This document shows, in pieces, positions 25,152 through 37,028 of a stretch of 44,634 bases of DNA. A model generated the notes under the pieces. That model did not search any database, was not told the origin of the DNA, and saw nothing but the letters and a program-made list of their open reading frames with translations. The DNA is from Chiloscyllium plagiosum (Eukaryota), in assembly GCF_004010195.1 (NCBI RefSeq), contig NC_057728.1, forward strand, positions 44,768,279-44,812,912, in the 5' to 3' direction. Position numbers and translations under genes: made by a program. Positions within the stretch are counted from its first letter, which is position 1, and every line of letters starts with the position of its first letter.

Positions 25152-25785
25152 AGTTATGGACGAGACTAAACCCCTTCAAAATATTTTAAGAAGATACCTC
25201 AGACCCCAAATTTTTCTCTATTTTAAAGGTCAGTGTAAGATGTAGTGTTCCAGATGCAATATGACTAGTCAAACTACACGACTTTAAGCAAAACACACTT
25301 TAGTTTTGTACTGCAGTTAAAATACAAACAAAATAAAAAGGTAAGACAAAAACAGGTAAAACTGTAACTCTATCAAAATGCTTAACAAAATAATATATTT
25401 ATTAACTACTACTAATTAACTGTTCCAATACAGTAACATCCCATAAATGCATCCTTGGCAAAGTAAATTCAGTAAAATAGATCATCTTGCATGCAATTCT
25501 AGCAGCAGGAAGGGAACCCCAGCTTTTGGTTGTAACAGAGAGAGGAATAATAGCTTCCATATCCAGCTTTAAGACCAAAGCAACTGCAGAAAGCTAAAAC
25601 TAAAAGTCTTGGTCTGTGGGATCTTGACCCTGGTAAAAACAATGACTGCAGATGCTGGAAACCAGATTCTGGATTAGTGGTGCTGGAAGAGCACAGCAGT
25701 TCAGGCAGCATCCAAGGAGACCCTAACCATTCAGGTTGCTTCTTTTGTTCCAACTCTTAAAAAAACCAGTCCTTCACAAGCTGTT
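25152..25785. mobile_element. LTR related to 3193-3832, opposite orientation, one end missing
   Basis: GTTATGGACGAGACTAAACCCCTTCAAAATATTTTAAGAAG aligns to the reverse complement of the 3832 end; similarity continues to CTTCACAAGCTGTT. Confidence 0.75.
25632..25718 (-). mobile_element. PLE 3'-end single-arm insertion
   Basis: GGTAAAAACAATGACTGCAGATGCTGG, same subfamily as 19374; flanked by GACCCT at 25626 and 25719. Confidence 0.85.
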
Positions 25786-25943
25786 TTGGGCATGAGCCCT
25801 TCTTCAGGATTCCTGAAGAAGGGCTCATGCCCGAAACGGCGATTCTCCTGCTCCTTGGATGCTGCCTGACCTGCTGCGCTTTTCCAGCAACACATTTTCA
25901 GCTCTGATTTCCAGCATCTGCAGTCCTCACTTTCTCCTAGAAG
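25783..25943. mobile_element. PLE 3'-end fold-back centred on the hammerhead
   Basis: GGGCATGAGCCCTTCTTCAGGA-T-TCCTGAAGAAGGGCTCATGCCC palindrome, then full 3' end; no TSD seen. Confidence 0.9.
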
Positions 25944-25949
25944 TACCTA

Positions 25950-27500
25950 TGGTACAATGTGAGAGGAAATTAGTTCAATGCCATTGTCCTGTCTGTGAGA
26001 CTTACTCTGCCCTTTCCAAGGATAGTCTCAACATTTTTCATTTCCAATGCATATTTGTGAGTCCCATACGTATGGGAGGCAATGAAGATCACACTTGGCT
26101 CAACTTAGTCATCAAGGGCCTCCTTCCACCAAATTTTCATGTTCCCTTCTCCTTGACACTCCCCATGAAGTCCTTCAGTACTGAGTTTCTAAACATTCCT
26201 ACACACCTTTTCAGTCAAATCTTCATCTTTCAACATTATATCCTGACCCCTTGCCCGACAGCTTAACCACACCAGCTACCAGGTTGCCCTGTCCTCCTGT
26301 CAAGGGCAGGGTGGTGGAGAGTGTTGATGATCCCCTCACCCTCACCACCAACTACCTACACTATCTACAGCCAATCATGTCCTCAGTCCAGTGTCATCTC
26401 CCAATCTTATTCATTGAGCTTCTCCGCGCACACAAGTGTTGACTCCATTCATTCAATCTCCACATCAAAATCCCTACTACAGCAGTGACTTCTGATAACC
26501 CCCTTTAACTTTCATTGAGCAGGCCTCCAGACCTCTGTGGTCCACCCACAATTGACACAATAGATAGCCCTAACTGATGTGTAACTGGATCATCAACCAA
26601 TCTGCGTACAGATGTCCCAATGAATAACCATAACTCTCTGGACTGGACCTGTAGGACTGACAATTGTTATCTCCCTGGACAATAGTGAAATGCACCCATG
26701 ACACTAGATGCCCAAAATCGTTGACTGATGGTGTCTAAGTCCCTGGACTGATAGCAAATGGTGCCCTTGGTTTACTATGTTGGGACCAATGATTCTTTTC
26801 CCTTTGACTTGACTGAAGACTACTCTCCTGAAACTTTGAGACTTGGCCATCAGGCAAATGCAGTGGGCTTGCCACAGATTCTGCTGATACACAATGTAGA
26901 TGTGAGGTTGATGTAGAGTGATACCATCTGGCAAAACACCCTCACTCCCTTGACTGATTAATACTGACAACCATGACCAACTCTCTGATTTTGTGACTAC
27001 TCTAAAAGGTAAGGCCAAACAGAATCACTGAGACCCTTTAGGTTCAGCTGATGGGACAAAGCACAGAAAGGTAAGGCAAGGCAGAGATGATGTCAGCATC
27101 TAAGTAGGTGCAAAAATGTATGAGCAAACATTAGGCATTAAAATATCACCAGTCCATCAATGAGATGGGTGCCTGTCCCTGCATGCAAAGTTTCCTTGCA
27201 GTAAGATTGCAATGAAAGGGACTTGTGCTCCAAAGTGGGCGGCACGGTGGCACAGTGGTTAGCATTGCTGCCTCACAGCGCCAGAAACCCGGGTTCAAGC
27301 CCGTGGTGTTAGGTAGGGGGTGGATGTGGGGGTGTGGGTGGGTTGCGCTTCGGCGGGGCGGTGTGGACTTGTTGGGCTGAAGGGCCTGTTTCCACACTGT
27401 AAGTAATCTAATCTAATCTAATCTAAAGTGGTTCAGCACTTGGTTGGAAAAAGGGACCTTTTTTACTCTCAGTATCAAGAATCATCTTCCTGCCAATTTC
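25950..27500 (-). mobile_element. Possible very ancient L1/Tx1-like ORF2 relic
   Basis: Ordered weak motifs on minus strand: QVLNHF..IAILLQ(E)T, IFAPT, MVVSINQ, FCQMVSLYINLTSTLCI. Confidence 0.3.
27237..27424 (+). mobile_element. HE1 SINE with central deletion
   Basis: tRNA-like head joined directly to the 3' part; (TAATC)n tail; TSD AAAGTGG (27232-27238 / 27425-27431). Confidence 0.9.
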
Positions 27501-29782
27501 ACCTCAATCTCTAAACCTTCTTTCCAATGTACACAATGTTCAATGGTTGTGAAGAATCTCCCATCCACAACCAGCACCCTTCCCCCAGATTAGAGAGAAT
27601 TTCCACTGATGATCCTGCAAAGTACTTGAGCAGTTGTCAAAGAAGGTGAACAGTGAATACTGCTCCTTCATTACTGACTACAAAATCCAGGACATTGTTT
27701 CTTTTTATCCATGATGTATTAAACATTTTCTTCCTCATTCATTCCACATGTTTATGTTTGTATAGTTCTACATCAACTGTCAGTTTCATACTTCAGTGTA
27801 ATGCTATAGATATAGATCCTGACAATAAAAAAGCTTCTGCTCATTCAAGGACAAAACTCTTAATTGTGTTTTTTTAAAAAGAGTAATCCACTGCCTAACT
27901 TATATTTTTAGATAATTGGGAAATAAGTGTTTTATATTCACATTTTGCATTAACTCCTTGTCATATAATGGCAGCAAATGACTGGAATGCAAAAGGAACA
28001 GAGTGAACAGTGGTGTAAGTCAGTATTGTTAATGTGCTAGGTATGTAAGTGTTCTGTTATCTTAATGCTTATTATTTCAATGCCTCTTTTGAATAATCCT
28101 CCATTGATCACTGCACATGAACTCCCACTTATTGAAAACACATCTGCCCACACCCCATCCGACATCTCCCCGACCTCTCTCTCCCTCCGTTTTCCTCTTT
28201 TTTTCTCTTCTTGATTTCTGGTCTGAAGATTAGTCTTTATACATTGTGGCACTAAACATTCCTGGAAGTTCTATCCATCTCCTACCATTTCCCTGGGGCT
28301 TTCACCAGTCTCTCACCAATATCGTGTGAGGCTAATAGAATCCTGAGAACGTTTCAGCATTCTAAAATAGACATTTGTACTGGCAAAGCAATTCCATCTC
28401 CTGGGTGAGCAGCAAGCTGCATTGTACCCAGCTGTCAATGTGTCAGAGAAATATCAAGGACCTGACAAATGGCCTAATGCTGATGTAAACAGAGCAGGAC
28501 TCTGCTAAGGCAGCTTCAATATCCTGTTTTAAGAATAGAATTCCATTTACATTTAGTGAAACTGTCCTAGAAATAATTAAGAAATCTGAATAATGTTTTT
28601 CAATGTAGGGCATTCAGTTGCAAATGTATTCACAGTTTAATTAACTTGGTAGAAACAAACTTGTCATATTTATCAGATTATTTTCAAAATGCAGACTCTA
28701 TTGCTCAAATAGTTTTGCAATAAAAATAAAGGCGAGGTTAAAAGCAGTCTTCATTAATATGGAATAAATTGAGCAGCAGCTTTGGCATCTGCAGTTAAAC
28801 TTGGAAATCCAAACATTAATGCCTGAGTTTTCTTGCTCTTTACAAGCTTCATTACATGGATATCTTGCTGATGGATTTGGCATTAAAATCAGTGAAAATG
28901 AATATTTAACAGCTGTTCACAAGTAAACTCTTTGACCCTGAAAATTTACAGCATGGAGTTTTATTCGTTTATAATTTAATTATTGTTATACATTTTTTAA
29001 AAATGAACTATAAAAATAAAACATTTTCCGGTTTCCTTCTGTCTCTTATTTCTCTTAATCCAATTTTTCTTTGCCTCATCTCCTGTCACAGAATCAAAAT
29101 GAAGCAGTTTGGACCTTTGTATCTACACCAATTCTGAATGAATATTATGATTTAGAACAAATCTCATTTTTACCCATAACCCTGCAAATTGTTTCTATAC
29201 AATTCGTCAACCAACGCCCTTTGAATGCCTTGTTTGAACCCACTTCTACCATGCTTTCATGCAGTGAATTCCAGACTCTAACTTCTCGCATTGCATTTGT
29301 TTCTTTCGCAAATTACTTTAAATCTGAACTCTCATTCTCAATTGTTTTATGAATAGGATCAATTTCTCCTTATGGATTTTCTCAACATATCTCATGATTT
29401 TGAAACCTTCTATCAATTCCCTGTTAAACTACAAGGAAAACAATCCCAAATTCTCCAATTTATCTTCATAACTGGAGTATCTCATCCCTGGAACCATTCT
29501 TGTAAATTTCTTGGGCATTGTCTCCAATGTGTTCACATCCTTTTGAATTGTGGTGCATAGAACTAAGCAAAATACTCCACTTAAGGTCTAACTACAGGCT
29601 TATGCAAGGTCAGCATGGAATTTTTGTATTCTTTGCCTTTTTTCATAAATCCTAGGATACTGTATGCTTTATTAATTTTTCTCACCAGCTCAAAATTTTA
29701 CACTGTTCTCCACACACTTTGCAATGCTTTCAAGGTTTATACCATCAAATTTATGTATTTTTATTTTTGTGCTTTTTATAAT

Positions 29783-30636
29783 TGTAAACTTAAGCATAAA
29801 AGAACCATTTGAAATCCAAGGATCTACAAAAATGGGTGCATATTTGAAACCAAGGAATTTGGTACCTTTTGTGAACCCTTTTTCCGCAGGTGTGGTTCTA
29901 GAAAAGTGCAGACAAATTGGAGCTGAGGGGGGTGTTTGAGTGAAGCTGATTGGTTTGTGCATAGGGATCAATTATCAATGACAAATGTTGTCTGCCTGCC
30001 AACAACAAGATGATTGGTTGTCAGTTAGCAGAACAACCTGAGTATTGAGAAAGACAGAGAGAAACTAATTCAGACTAGGAGAGATCATCAGCAACAAAAA
30101 AACACCGTCAGTTTGTTGCAGTAAGCCACTTTAAACCTGAAGCAAGCCAACTTATCTTTCCTTTAGGTGATGCTGCAAGTTATAACTTAGCATTGAAAAG
30201 CCACAGGTCTGTCATAAGTGTAAGAGCTATCTTGCCCCTCTGGAAGTATTTGAGAAAAGGAAGGCCAAGAAGAAGCTTTTGGATCGGCAAGAGCTGTTTT
30301 CCCAGCTTTCTCTCTGCACGTGTGTTTTTATTTCTAGTTTCATTTTGTCTGTGTGTCTGTCCGTGTGTGTGTATAAAAGCATGTTTATAAAAGATTTAGA
30401 CTTCTAGTTTGTAGAGTTTACTTACTTTTATTCAATCTGATTAACTTGTACTCAAATCTAATTGCCTATAATAAATAGTGATTTCTTCTTAACTACAAAA
30501 ACCAGAATCTGGATCTGAAATCAGGCACTTCAGGGATTTTGTATACTTCGTTTAAACATTTTTGTCTATTGTGATGACTCCAGGAATGGGGAGGGGTTTC
30601 ATTTCTAGCTTGCTACTCCAGTGAACCCCATATACA
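29783..30636 (+). mobile_element. LTR-like insertion
   Basis: Interrupts the CR1; TGTA...TACA candidate ends, ATTGG boxes, AATAAA near 30470; TSD not resolved and left end uncertain. Confidence 0.4.
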
Positions 30637-30639
30637 GTG

Positions 30640-30956
30640 ATTAGATTAGCTTAGATCCCCTATAGTGTGAAAACAGGCCCTTCAACCCAACAAGTCCACA
30701 CCGACCCTCTGAAAAGTAACCCACCCAGACCCATTCCCTCTGAATGATGTACCTAACACTCTGGGCAATTTAGCATGGCCAATTCACCTGACCTGCACAT
30801 CTCTGGACTGTGGGAGGAAACCGGAGCAGCCGGAGGAAACCTACACAGACACGGGGAGAATGTGCAAACTTCACACAGTCACCCAAGGCTGGAATTGAAC
30901 CTGGGACCCTGGTGTTGTGAGGCAGCAGTGTTAACCACTAAGCTACCGTGCCACCC
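30640..30956 (-). mobile_element. HE1 SINE, full length
   Basis: Antisense head CCGTGCCACCC, V-domain, (ATTAG)n tail; ATTAG on both flanks. Confidence 0.92.
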
Positions 30957-31390
30957 ATTAGGTTATTAACTTATGCCAGAAAAAGCCAATTTCACAATAC
31001 TAAATCCCTAAGGATCTCCTTTACAAATTTTCCCCAGCCTGAAAAAATCCATTAATTATTATTCTCTGTTTCCTTTTATTCATCCAATTTGATATCCACA
31101 TTGCTATTGTCCCTATTGCTCAATGATTTGTATGCATAATTTTGCAATTCAAGTTTATATTCCCTCATTTCAAAGTTGTGTATCTTAGTGAAGATTCTTC
31201 AATCTGATTGTTTGAAAAGATGGGGTATTATTGCTTGTCCTAGATACACATACCACAGATCCCCACTGAATTGTGTTATCACTCAAAAGCTTCAAAAGGT
31301 CTGTGAAGAGCTGTAAGAAAATCAAAAATTACTGTGAGCAAGCTTACAATTGTGGACTTAAGTTATTTGTCAGGTTGAACTATTATGTCG

Positions 31391-31582
31391 GAGGGAGAAA
31401 GTGAGGACTGCAGATGCTGGAGATCAGAGCTGAAAATGTGTTGCTGGAAAAGCGCAGCAGGTCAAGCAGCATCCAAGGAGCAGGAGAATTGACGTTTCGG
31501 GCATGAGCCCTTCTTCAGGAACGAGGAAGGGCTCATGCCCGAAACGTCGATTCTCCTGCTCCTTGGATGCTGCCTGACCTGC
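31391..31582. mobile_element. PLE 3'-end fold-back insertion
   Basis: Perfect 15-bp TSD TGAACTATTATGTCG (31376-31390 / 31583-31597). Confidence 0.92.
31491..31518 (-). ncRNA. Best-preserved hammerhead ribozyme core
   Basis: Minus strand CTGAAGA-A-GGGC-TCAT-GCCC-GAAAC-GTC; all core residues and the GUC triplet present, but stem I is weak. Confidence 0.7.
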
Positions 31583-32295
31583 TGAACTATTATGTCGAAC
31601 AACTTCATAAAAAAGAAAGTTGTCAGGATAAAGCAATATCTAAATTTTGACCTATTTTGTTCCTATTGATATTGGATTGTGCGCACATTTCACAGAGAAC
31701 TTGGTCCCCACAATTTTTACGCAGTGAATGCAAGTGTATACTTAAGGAACGACCATTTATTCGAAATCACGCTGTTTAATGTTTACAATAATATAATACC
31801 TTTGGGCTACTTAAGAGCTTAGATTATGTAATTTTGGCTGACTATGTTCTGGATAATGGATAAACGATTAAAAGATTAGTGCTTGTATAGATAGGAACGT
31901 GGACATAATCTAATACTTAACAGATAATTGTTGATATAACGTGTGGAAGAAAACAGGTTTGTTTTTAAATGGAAACATGGGTTGGCAACATTTCCCTTAA
32001 GACAAAATGTGCAGCAACTCAATCCTTTTGAAGACGAGAGAAAAAAAAAACTGGACTGGAGACAAATTATATGGTTTAAAACTGCAGGATGCATTTTGCT
32101 CTTTGCATTAAATGAAAGAAAATAACTTTTTATTAAACTGGACAGGTTTACAATCACATGGTTTTTCTTTCATTTAATGTACGTAGAAACATTACAGAGT
32201 AGAATTTAAGCATTTAACATTGACACATTGGAATGAAGTATACAACAAAACGAAAACATAATACTTTGAGCTGGGAAATTAAGATTTAAATGGAG

Positions 32296-32371
32296 GGGAC
32301 CAAAGCTATTGTTTCCTCTCTTTCAAGTCAGAAGGGATCAAAGCTATTATAATCTTCCTTTCAAAGCAGAA
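32296..32371 (+). repeat. Imperfect 2 x 38 bp tandem duplication with TCF/LEF- and SOX-like motifs
   Basis: 29/38 identical; ATCAAAG, TTCAAAG, ACCAAAG and ATTGTT motifs. Confidence 0.6.
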
Positions 32372-33826
32372 TTTCTTTCTTAGTGTAAAGTATTATCAGC
32401 TCCATAGGGTCTAAATTATCCCAGCATGAAACAGACATTCCGTCCCATTCTGTGGTTGTAAAATATAAACTGCTCACAAAATACTTAAAATAACCACAAG
32501 TTATTTGATAAAATTGTACTTTGTAATTGCTTCCATAAGCAAACTTCCTGATAAATAACCACTTTTATTACTATTCCACACAGCCACAGCTTTCTAAGCT
32601 ATAGGGGGCACAATTAAATTGGAGGTGCTTCACAGGATTAAAGAGCTTGTTTAGCCCAGAAAACCAGTCTCAACAAATACACAAACATGCAGCAACACAG
32701 ATACAGACACACACACACACAAAGAGCTTCCATTGTCAGGGACTTCTAATTTACAAAAGTTGAATTTGAATGAACAGAGATCTCTCTTGATAAGATTTTG
32801 TTATTTCTTGTTTCCTGAATATTAAAAATCAACAATCAAAATTGACAGCTGGTCATTATTTACTGAATAACAATTTATAGCTTAAATAATAGTTCACCAC
32901 TCACAGATCATATGTAATAATGCTGCTTCCACATTCTAGAAGCATCTAAGTTGCAATTGAAAGAATCTAAATTGGAAATATTCATCCAGCGGGTAATTAA
33001 GCAGGAGAGAATTGAACTTTGTTGTGTTCTTAGCATCTACTTCTGAAAGCTGGTGCAGTGTACTGGCATTTGGCTGACCGAAGAAAATACATTATATCTT
33101 TTGTTCTGTCAATTATTATTTAAAAGGAGAAGAAAATGAACTCTGGGAATAATGAGCATATGTTTATTATTGATTTTAGGAAAGCTGTTGTGAAGCATTA
33201 TGTGGAATTTACGATCACTGGGAGGGTTATAAAGTCATATGGACCGGTTTTAAGTGACACTCCCGCAACACACATCAAATCATTTGGGTTGGATTAACAT
33301 CTTAAATTGATCTGCAGCTCTTGGTACCATGTAACAGTCATTTGTTTGGACAGAATTTGAATTTTGCAGAAAAAAATACACATTTTCTCAAACCTTTTCA
33401 TCTTACACACCTCAGGACAATTTGCAGGAATACCAATTTAAGAGGTCAACAAGCATTAACACTGCATGAGAGAAGGGCATTGAGTGAATTGCAAAATGAC
33501 TCAGACTGGAAGATAACTACCATGGAGAATACTGAGTAACAGCTAACATCCAAGCTTTGTTTAAATTTAAGCAGGCTGACTCTAATTGGTCAGGTATTGC
33601 TCCGAGAAGTGAACCAGTAAATAGCTGTCACCAATATTGTTGAGTTGAAATAGATGCAGTGTCTGTACAGGTTCTTTTCGTTGGCAAAGGCCTTATGCAA
33701 TAATAAACGTAGCTGCCAATACACACAAGTGCAAACCCGACTGACATTTCTAAATTGGTTCAGTGTAATCCTTTGCATTTTCAAGATAATTCAGCACATA
33801 TTGTCCTGTAGCATTACATCTTTTCT

Positions 33827-34110
33827 TTAGATTAGATTCCCTACAGTGTGGAAACAGGCCCTTCGGCCCAACAAGTCCACACTGACCCTCTGAAGAGTAA
33901 CCCACCCAGACCCATTTCCCTCTGACTAATGCACCTAGCATGATGGGCAATTTAGCATAGCCAATCCACCTGACATGCACACCTTTGGACTGTGGGAGGA
34001 AACTGGAGCACCTGGAGGAAACCCACGCAGACATGGGGAGAATGTGCAAACTCCTCACAGACAGTCTGCCCGAGGCTGCAACCGAACCTGGGACCCTGGT
34101 GCTGTGAGGC
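33827..34110 (-). mobile_element. HE1 SINE, 5'-truncated
   Basis: Tail and V-domain present; stops at GCTGTGAGGC, lacking the A box. Confidence 0.9.
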
Positions 34111-34462
34111 CCTGTTCTATGCAGAAAGAAAAAAAGTATGTGCTTACACTGCATTTGTTTAAACTCAGTGCAGTAGGTGACAGCCATTAACTTGTTCATT
34201 GCTCAGGAGAATGCCTTAACCAATCAGTCAACCTGTATACTTTTAAATTTGAATGAAGTTTAACAATTAACTATCACTCAGCATTAATGTGCACATTCTC
34301 TATGGCGACATCTCAATGAAACAGAGTTCCATAACAAACCAGCATTTTCATCTCATGCAATATAAATGTTGAATTTGCCCTTATATTTGCATTTTTCTGA
34401 ATTGTCCTAATTTTGAATGCAACATGAAAAGTTTTGACATAATGTGTCTTTTTTCAGCAATA
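34110..34462 (+). mobile_element. Older PLE 3' fragment (third family)
   Basis: PVLCRKKK resembles the GIY-YIG C-terminus; the 3' region has a decayed hammerhead-like CCTAA..GAATGCAACATGAAAAG. Confidence 0.5.
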
Positions 34463-34859
34463 TTGTGTAATATTCAGCGTGTCAATACCAGTTGATTGGC
34501 AGAACATGTAATTAAGATGTTTGAATAATGGCTGTCCTATTAATACTTAAAAATAATCTGGGATTCTGAAAAGAAATACACACTTAGTCTCCGAGTAACC
34601 AGAGGTTCTCTAAACTAAGGTGTTGACCATCCAAGAGGAAGCATCCTACTGTCATCGCTACTGTGGTGGAGAAACTGGGCAAGCTGCTCTTGAGTGTGCA
34701 GAAATGATAGCACAAGGGATATCAAAGGATTGTAGGGCAGGCTTAACCCCTATTCCTCTCAACTGGAATTGATGTCAATGAGGGATTCTTCAATATTCAG
34801 TGTGTCTCTTATTTATATATGTGTGTGTACATATATGTATATATGTACAGTTTAGCAGT

Positions 34860-35135
34860 GGGCTGAATGGAGATTTATTGGTGGTGTTCAAAGTTCTGGA
34901 AGGTTTTGTGAAGTAATTAAGGAAATCTATCTGCACTGGTCAATGAGGTGTAATTGGAAGAAATGAATTTCAGGTCAAAAGAGTGGAGAAAGAAGTTGAC
35001 AGAAATATTTAATGCAGTTGTTAGGACATGGAGTACTTTACTGGGAACAGTTTTGGGTGTCAAATCTATAGCAATGTTTAAAAAGAAAATGGATAAGCAA
35101 TGTGCAAATAATTATTCAAAATATTATGGAAACAG
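34860..35135 (+). mobile_element. Degraded CR1 3' fragment
   Basis: LNGDLLVVFKVLEGF...VVRTWSTL...FKKKMDK. Confidence 0.65.
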
Positions 35136-35249
35136 GAATTCAATATGTGTATTCAACCAATTAATTGTCTTCTATGTCTAAAAACTGATTCTCAACAATA
35201 ACATTCCAAAGAAAGTGCCCAGAATCAATAAATTCTTCACATACATTGA

Positions 35250-35350
35250 CATTTTCTAATCAGCTTGTTCAGGGATGTTATGACACAGCAGATGAGACTT
35301 GAACCAAGCCTCTTGGTCCAGAGTTAGGAATGCCACCACAAGTGCCACCA
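35250..35350 (-). mobile_element. Short tRNA-derived SINE remnant
   Basis: Minus strand CTCTGGACCAAGAGGCTTGGTTCAAGTC; similar to 43155-43210. Confidence 0.5.
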
Positions 35351-35677
35351 TTACATGAAACTATGATGATCTCTGACCCAGAAGCAGTGCAGTAAAGAAA
35401 CTTATAATTTCTTTAAAATGTTTGTAGAATCTACATTTTGGCTTAAGTATGTATGAAGCAGCTTTTAAGAGTTTGCACCATTATAATGAGATCAATAATA
35501 ATCTTAAACAAAAATAAATATTAATTTATGCAAACTAGCAACTGTTGTTCTGGAAGCAATACAACAAGGAGGAAGTTAACATGTGAAAGTTGTGTAGCTG
35601 GCAGACATGAGAAAGACCTGCAAATAAAGGTGAATTTCAGCAGGACAATTACAAAGGCAGCACATTTACAACATCCT

Positions 35678-35978
35678 ATTAGATTAGATTACTTACAGTG
35701 TGGAAACAGGCCCTTCGGCCCAACAAGTCCACACCGACCCGCCGAAGCGCAACCCACCCATGCCCCTACATTTACCCCTTACCTAACACTACGGGCAATT
35801 TAGCATAGCCAATTCACCTGACCTGCACATCTTTGGACTGTGGGAGGAAACCGGAGCACTCGGAGGAAACCCACGCAGACACGGGGAGAATGTGCAAACT
35901 CCACACAGTCAGTCACCTGAGGCGGGAATTGAACCCAGGTCTCTGGCGCTGTGAGGCAGCAGTGCTACCGTGCCGCCC
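35678..35978 (-). mobile_element. HE1 SINE, young subfamily, ~12-bp deletion in A box
   Basis: Near-identical to 38979-39283; CCTAT on both flanks. Confidence 0.92.
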
Positions 35979-36827
35979 TATATTGTGTTACACTTAAGAG
36001 ATTGAAAGCTGTTTAGAACAGAAATTGTGTATTGGAAAAATCTACAACCTTGCTTCAATTTTATCAAAGCTGGCTAGACCATTTAACAAGATTTTTTGAA
36101 AGTGACAGTGAAGGAGTCCTTTGGGGAATTTATGTCATCGAGATAGTTATGAACCTGGTTAAGAAGGTATTGCACGATAGTGTCATTTGATTAATGACAT
36201 ATCTCCAGGGGATTTAGATGGAGTGCAGCTACTGTTATAGATGACTTGAGGATCAAACCCATTGATTGAGAAATGTTATGTTCCAAGACCAAGCTGGAAA
36301 GACTGCAATTGGAAATGATGCTACATTTGTAAGAGTAGTGACGTGAATGCTTGTCGTTGTGTAAAACAGGTCTTTATTGTACTGACTGTTTAAAGGAAAT
36401 TAACCTTTCTAGTTGATGTACTACTGTCACTTATTCATCTGTAATTTGCATTAGTTTTGATTCATGTTTAAATAGAAGCTATAAAATGTGGAACCTTGGT
36501 GGCATTTTCTTCATTTGGCAGTCAATAAATTTTGTTATTTTGATTTACAGTTGCCCCACGAGAGATTGTATGAGAGCAGATTTTAGGTGACAGAAAACCT
36601 TGAAATCATTGAAGAATTGGTTATAAAAAAATGTAACTCCCTTTCAGATGGCATGTTTGAATGACTGAATGGTTTCTCTTACCCACATTGATCATACAAA
36701 CTTGTGATTGTTTATTTTTGTTTCCTTTATATATCATCAACTTTGAAATTGTGCACTGCTTATATTAGCATTGAAGCATTAAATGTATCCATATGTAATT
36801 CACTTAACAGTTATTTTAAATACATTA

Positions 36828-37028
36828 ACATTGCCAGTGGAGGTGGTAGAAGCAGGCACAATAGCAATGTTTAAGGTGTATCTTGATAAATATATGAATG
36901 GAAGACAAACAGAGGAATAGAAACCACGCATGGGCAATAAGTAGTGGGTCTAAATAAGGATTAGAATCAGTGCAGTCTTGATAAGCCAGAGGGCCTGTTC
37001 CCGGTCTGTATTGAATTGTATTGTATTG
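36828..37028 (+). mobile_element. CR1 3' end
   Basis: LPVEVVEAGTIAMFKVYLDKYM, GGGCCTGTTCC stem region and (TTGTA)n tail. Confidence 0.85.

Larger units (their letters stand above)
29090..31140 (-). mobile_element. Degraded CR1 split by later insertions (pieces ~29090-29780 and ~30965-31140)
   Basis: Antisense CR1 motifs CCCTGGAACCATTCTTGTAAAT and GTGGTGCATAGAACT; an RT-like piece continues after the SINE. Confidence 0.6.

Noticed and set aside
25859..26266. Recurrent short ORFs such as MLPDLLRFSSNTFSALISSICSPHF and MCCWKS
   Set aside because: They are translations of the non-coding PLE terminal repeat.
35985..36590. Another LTR-like stretch
   Set aside because: Composition is suggestive, but no matching TG..CA termini with a TSD could be fixed.
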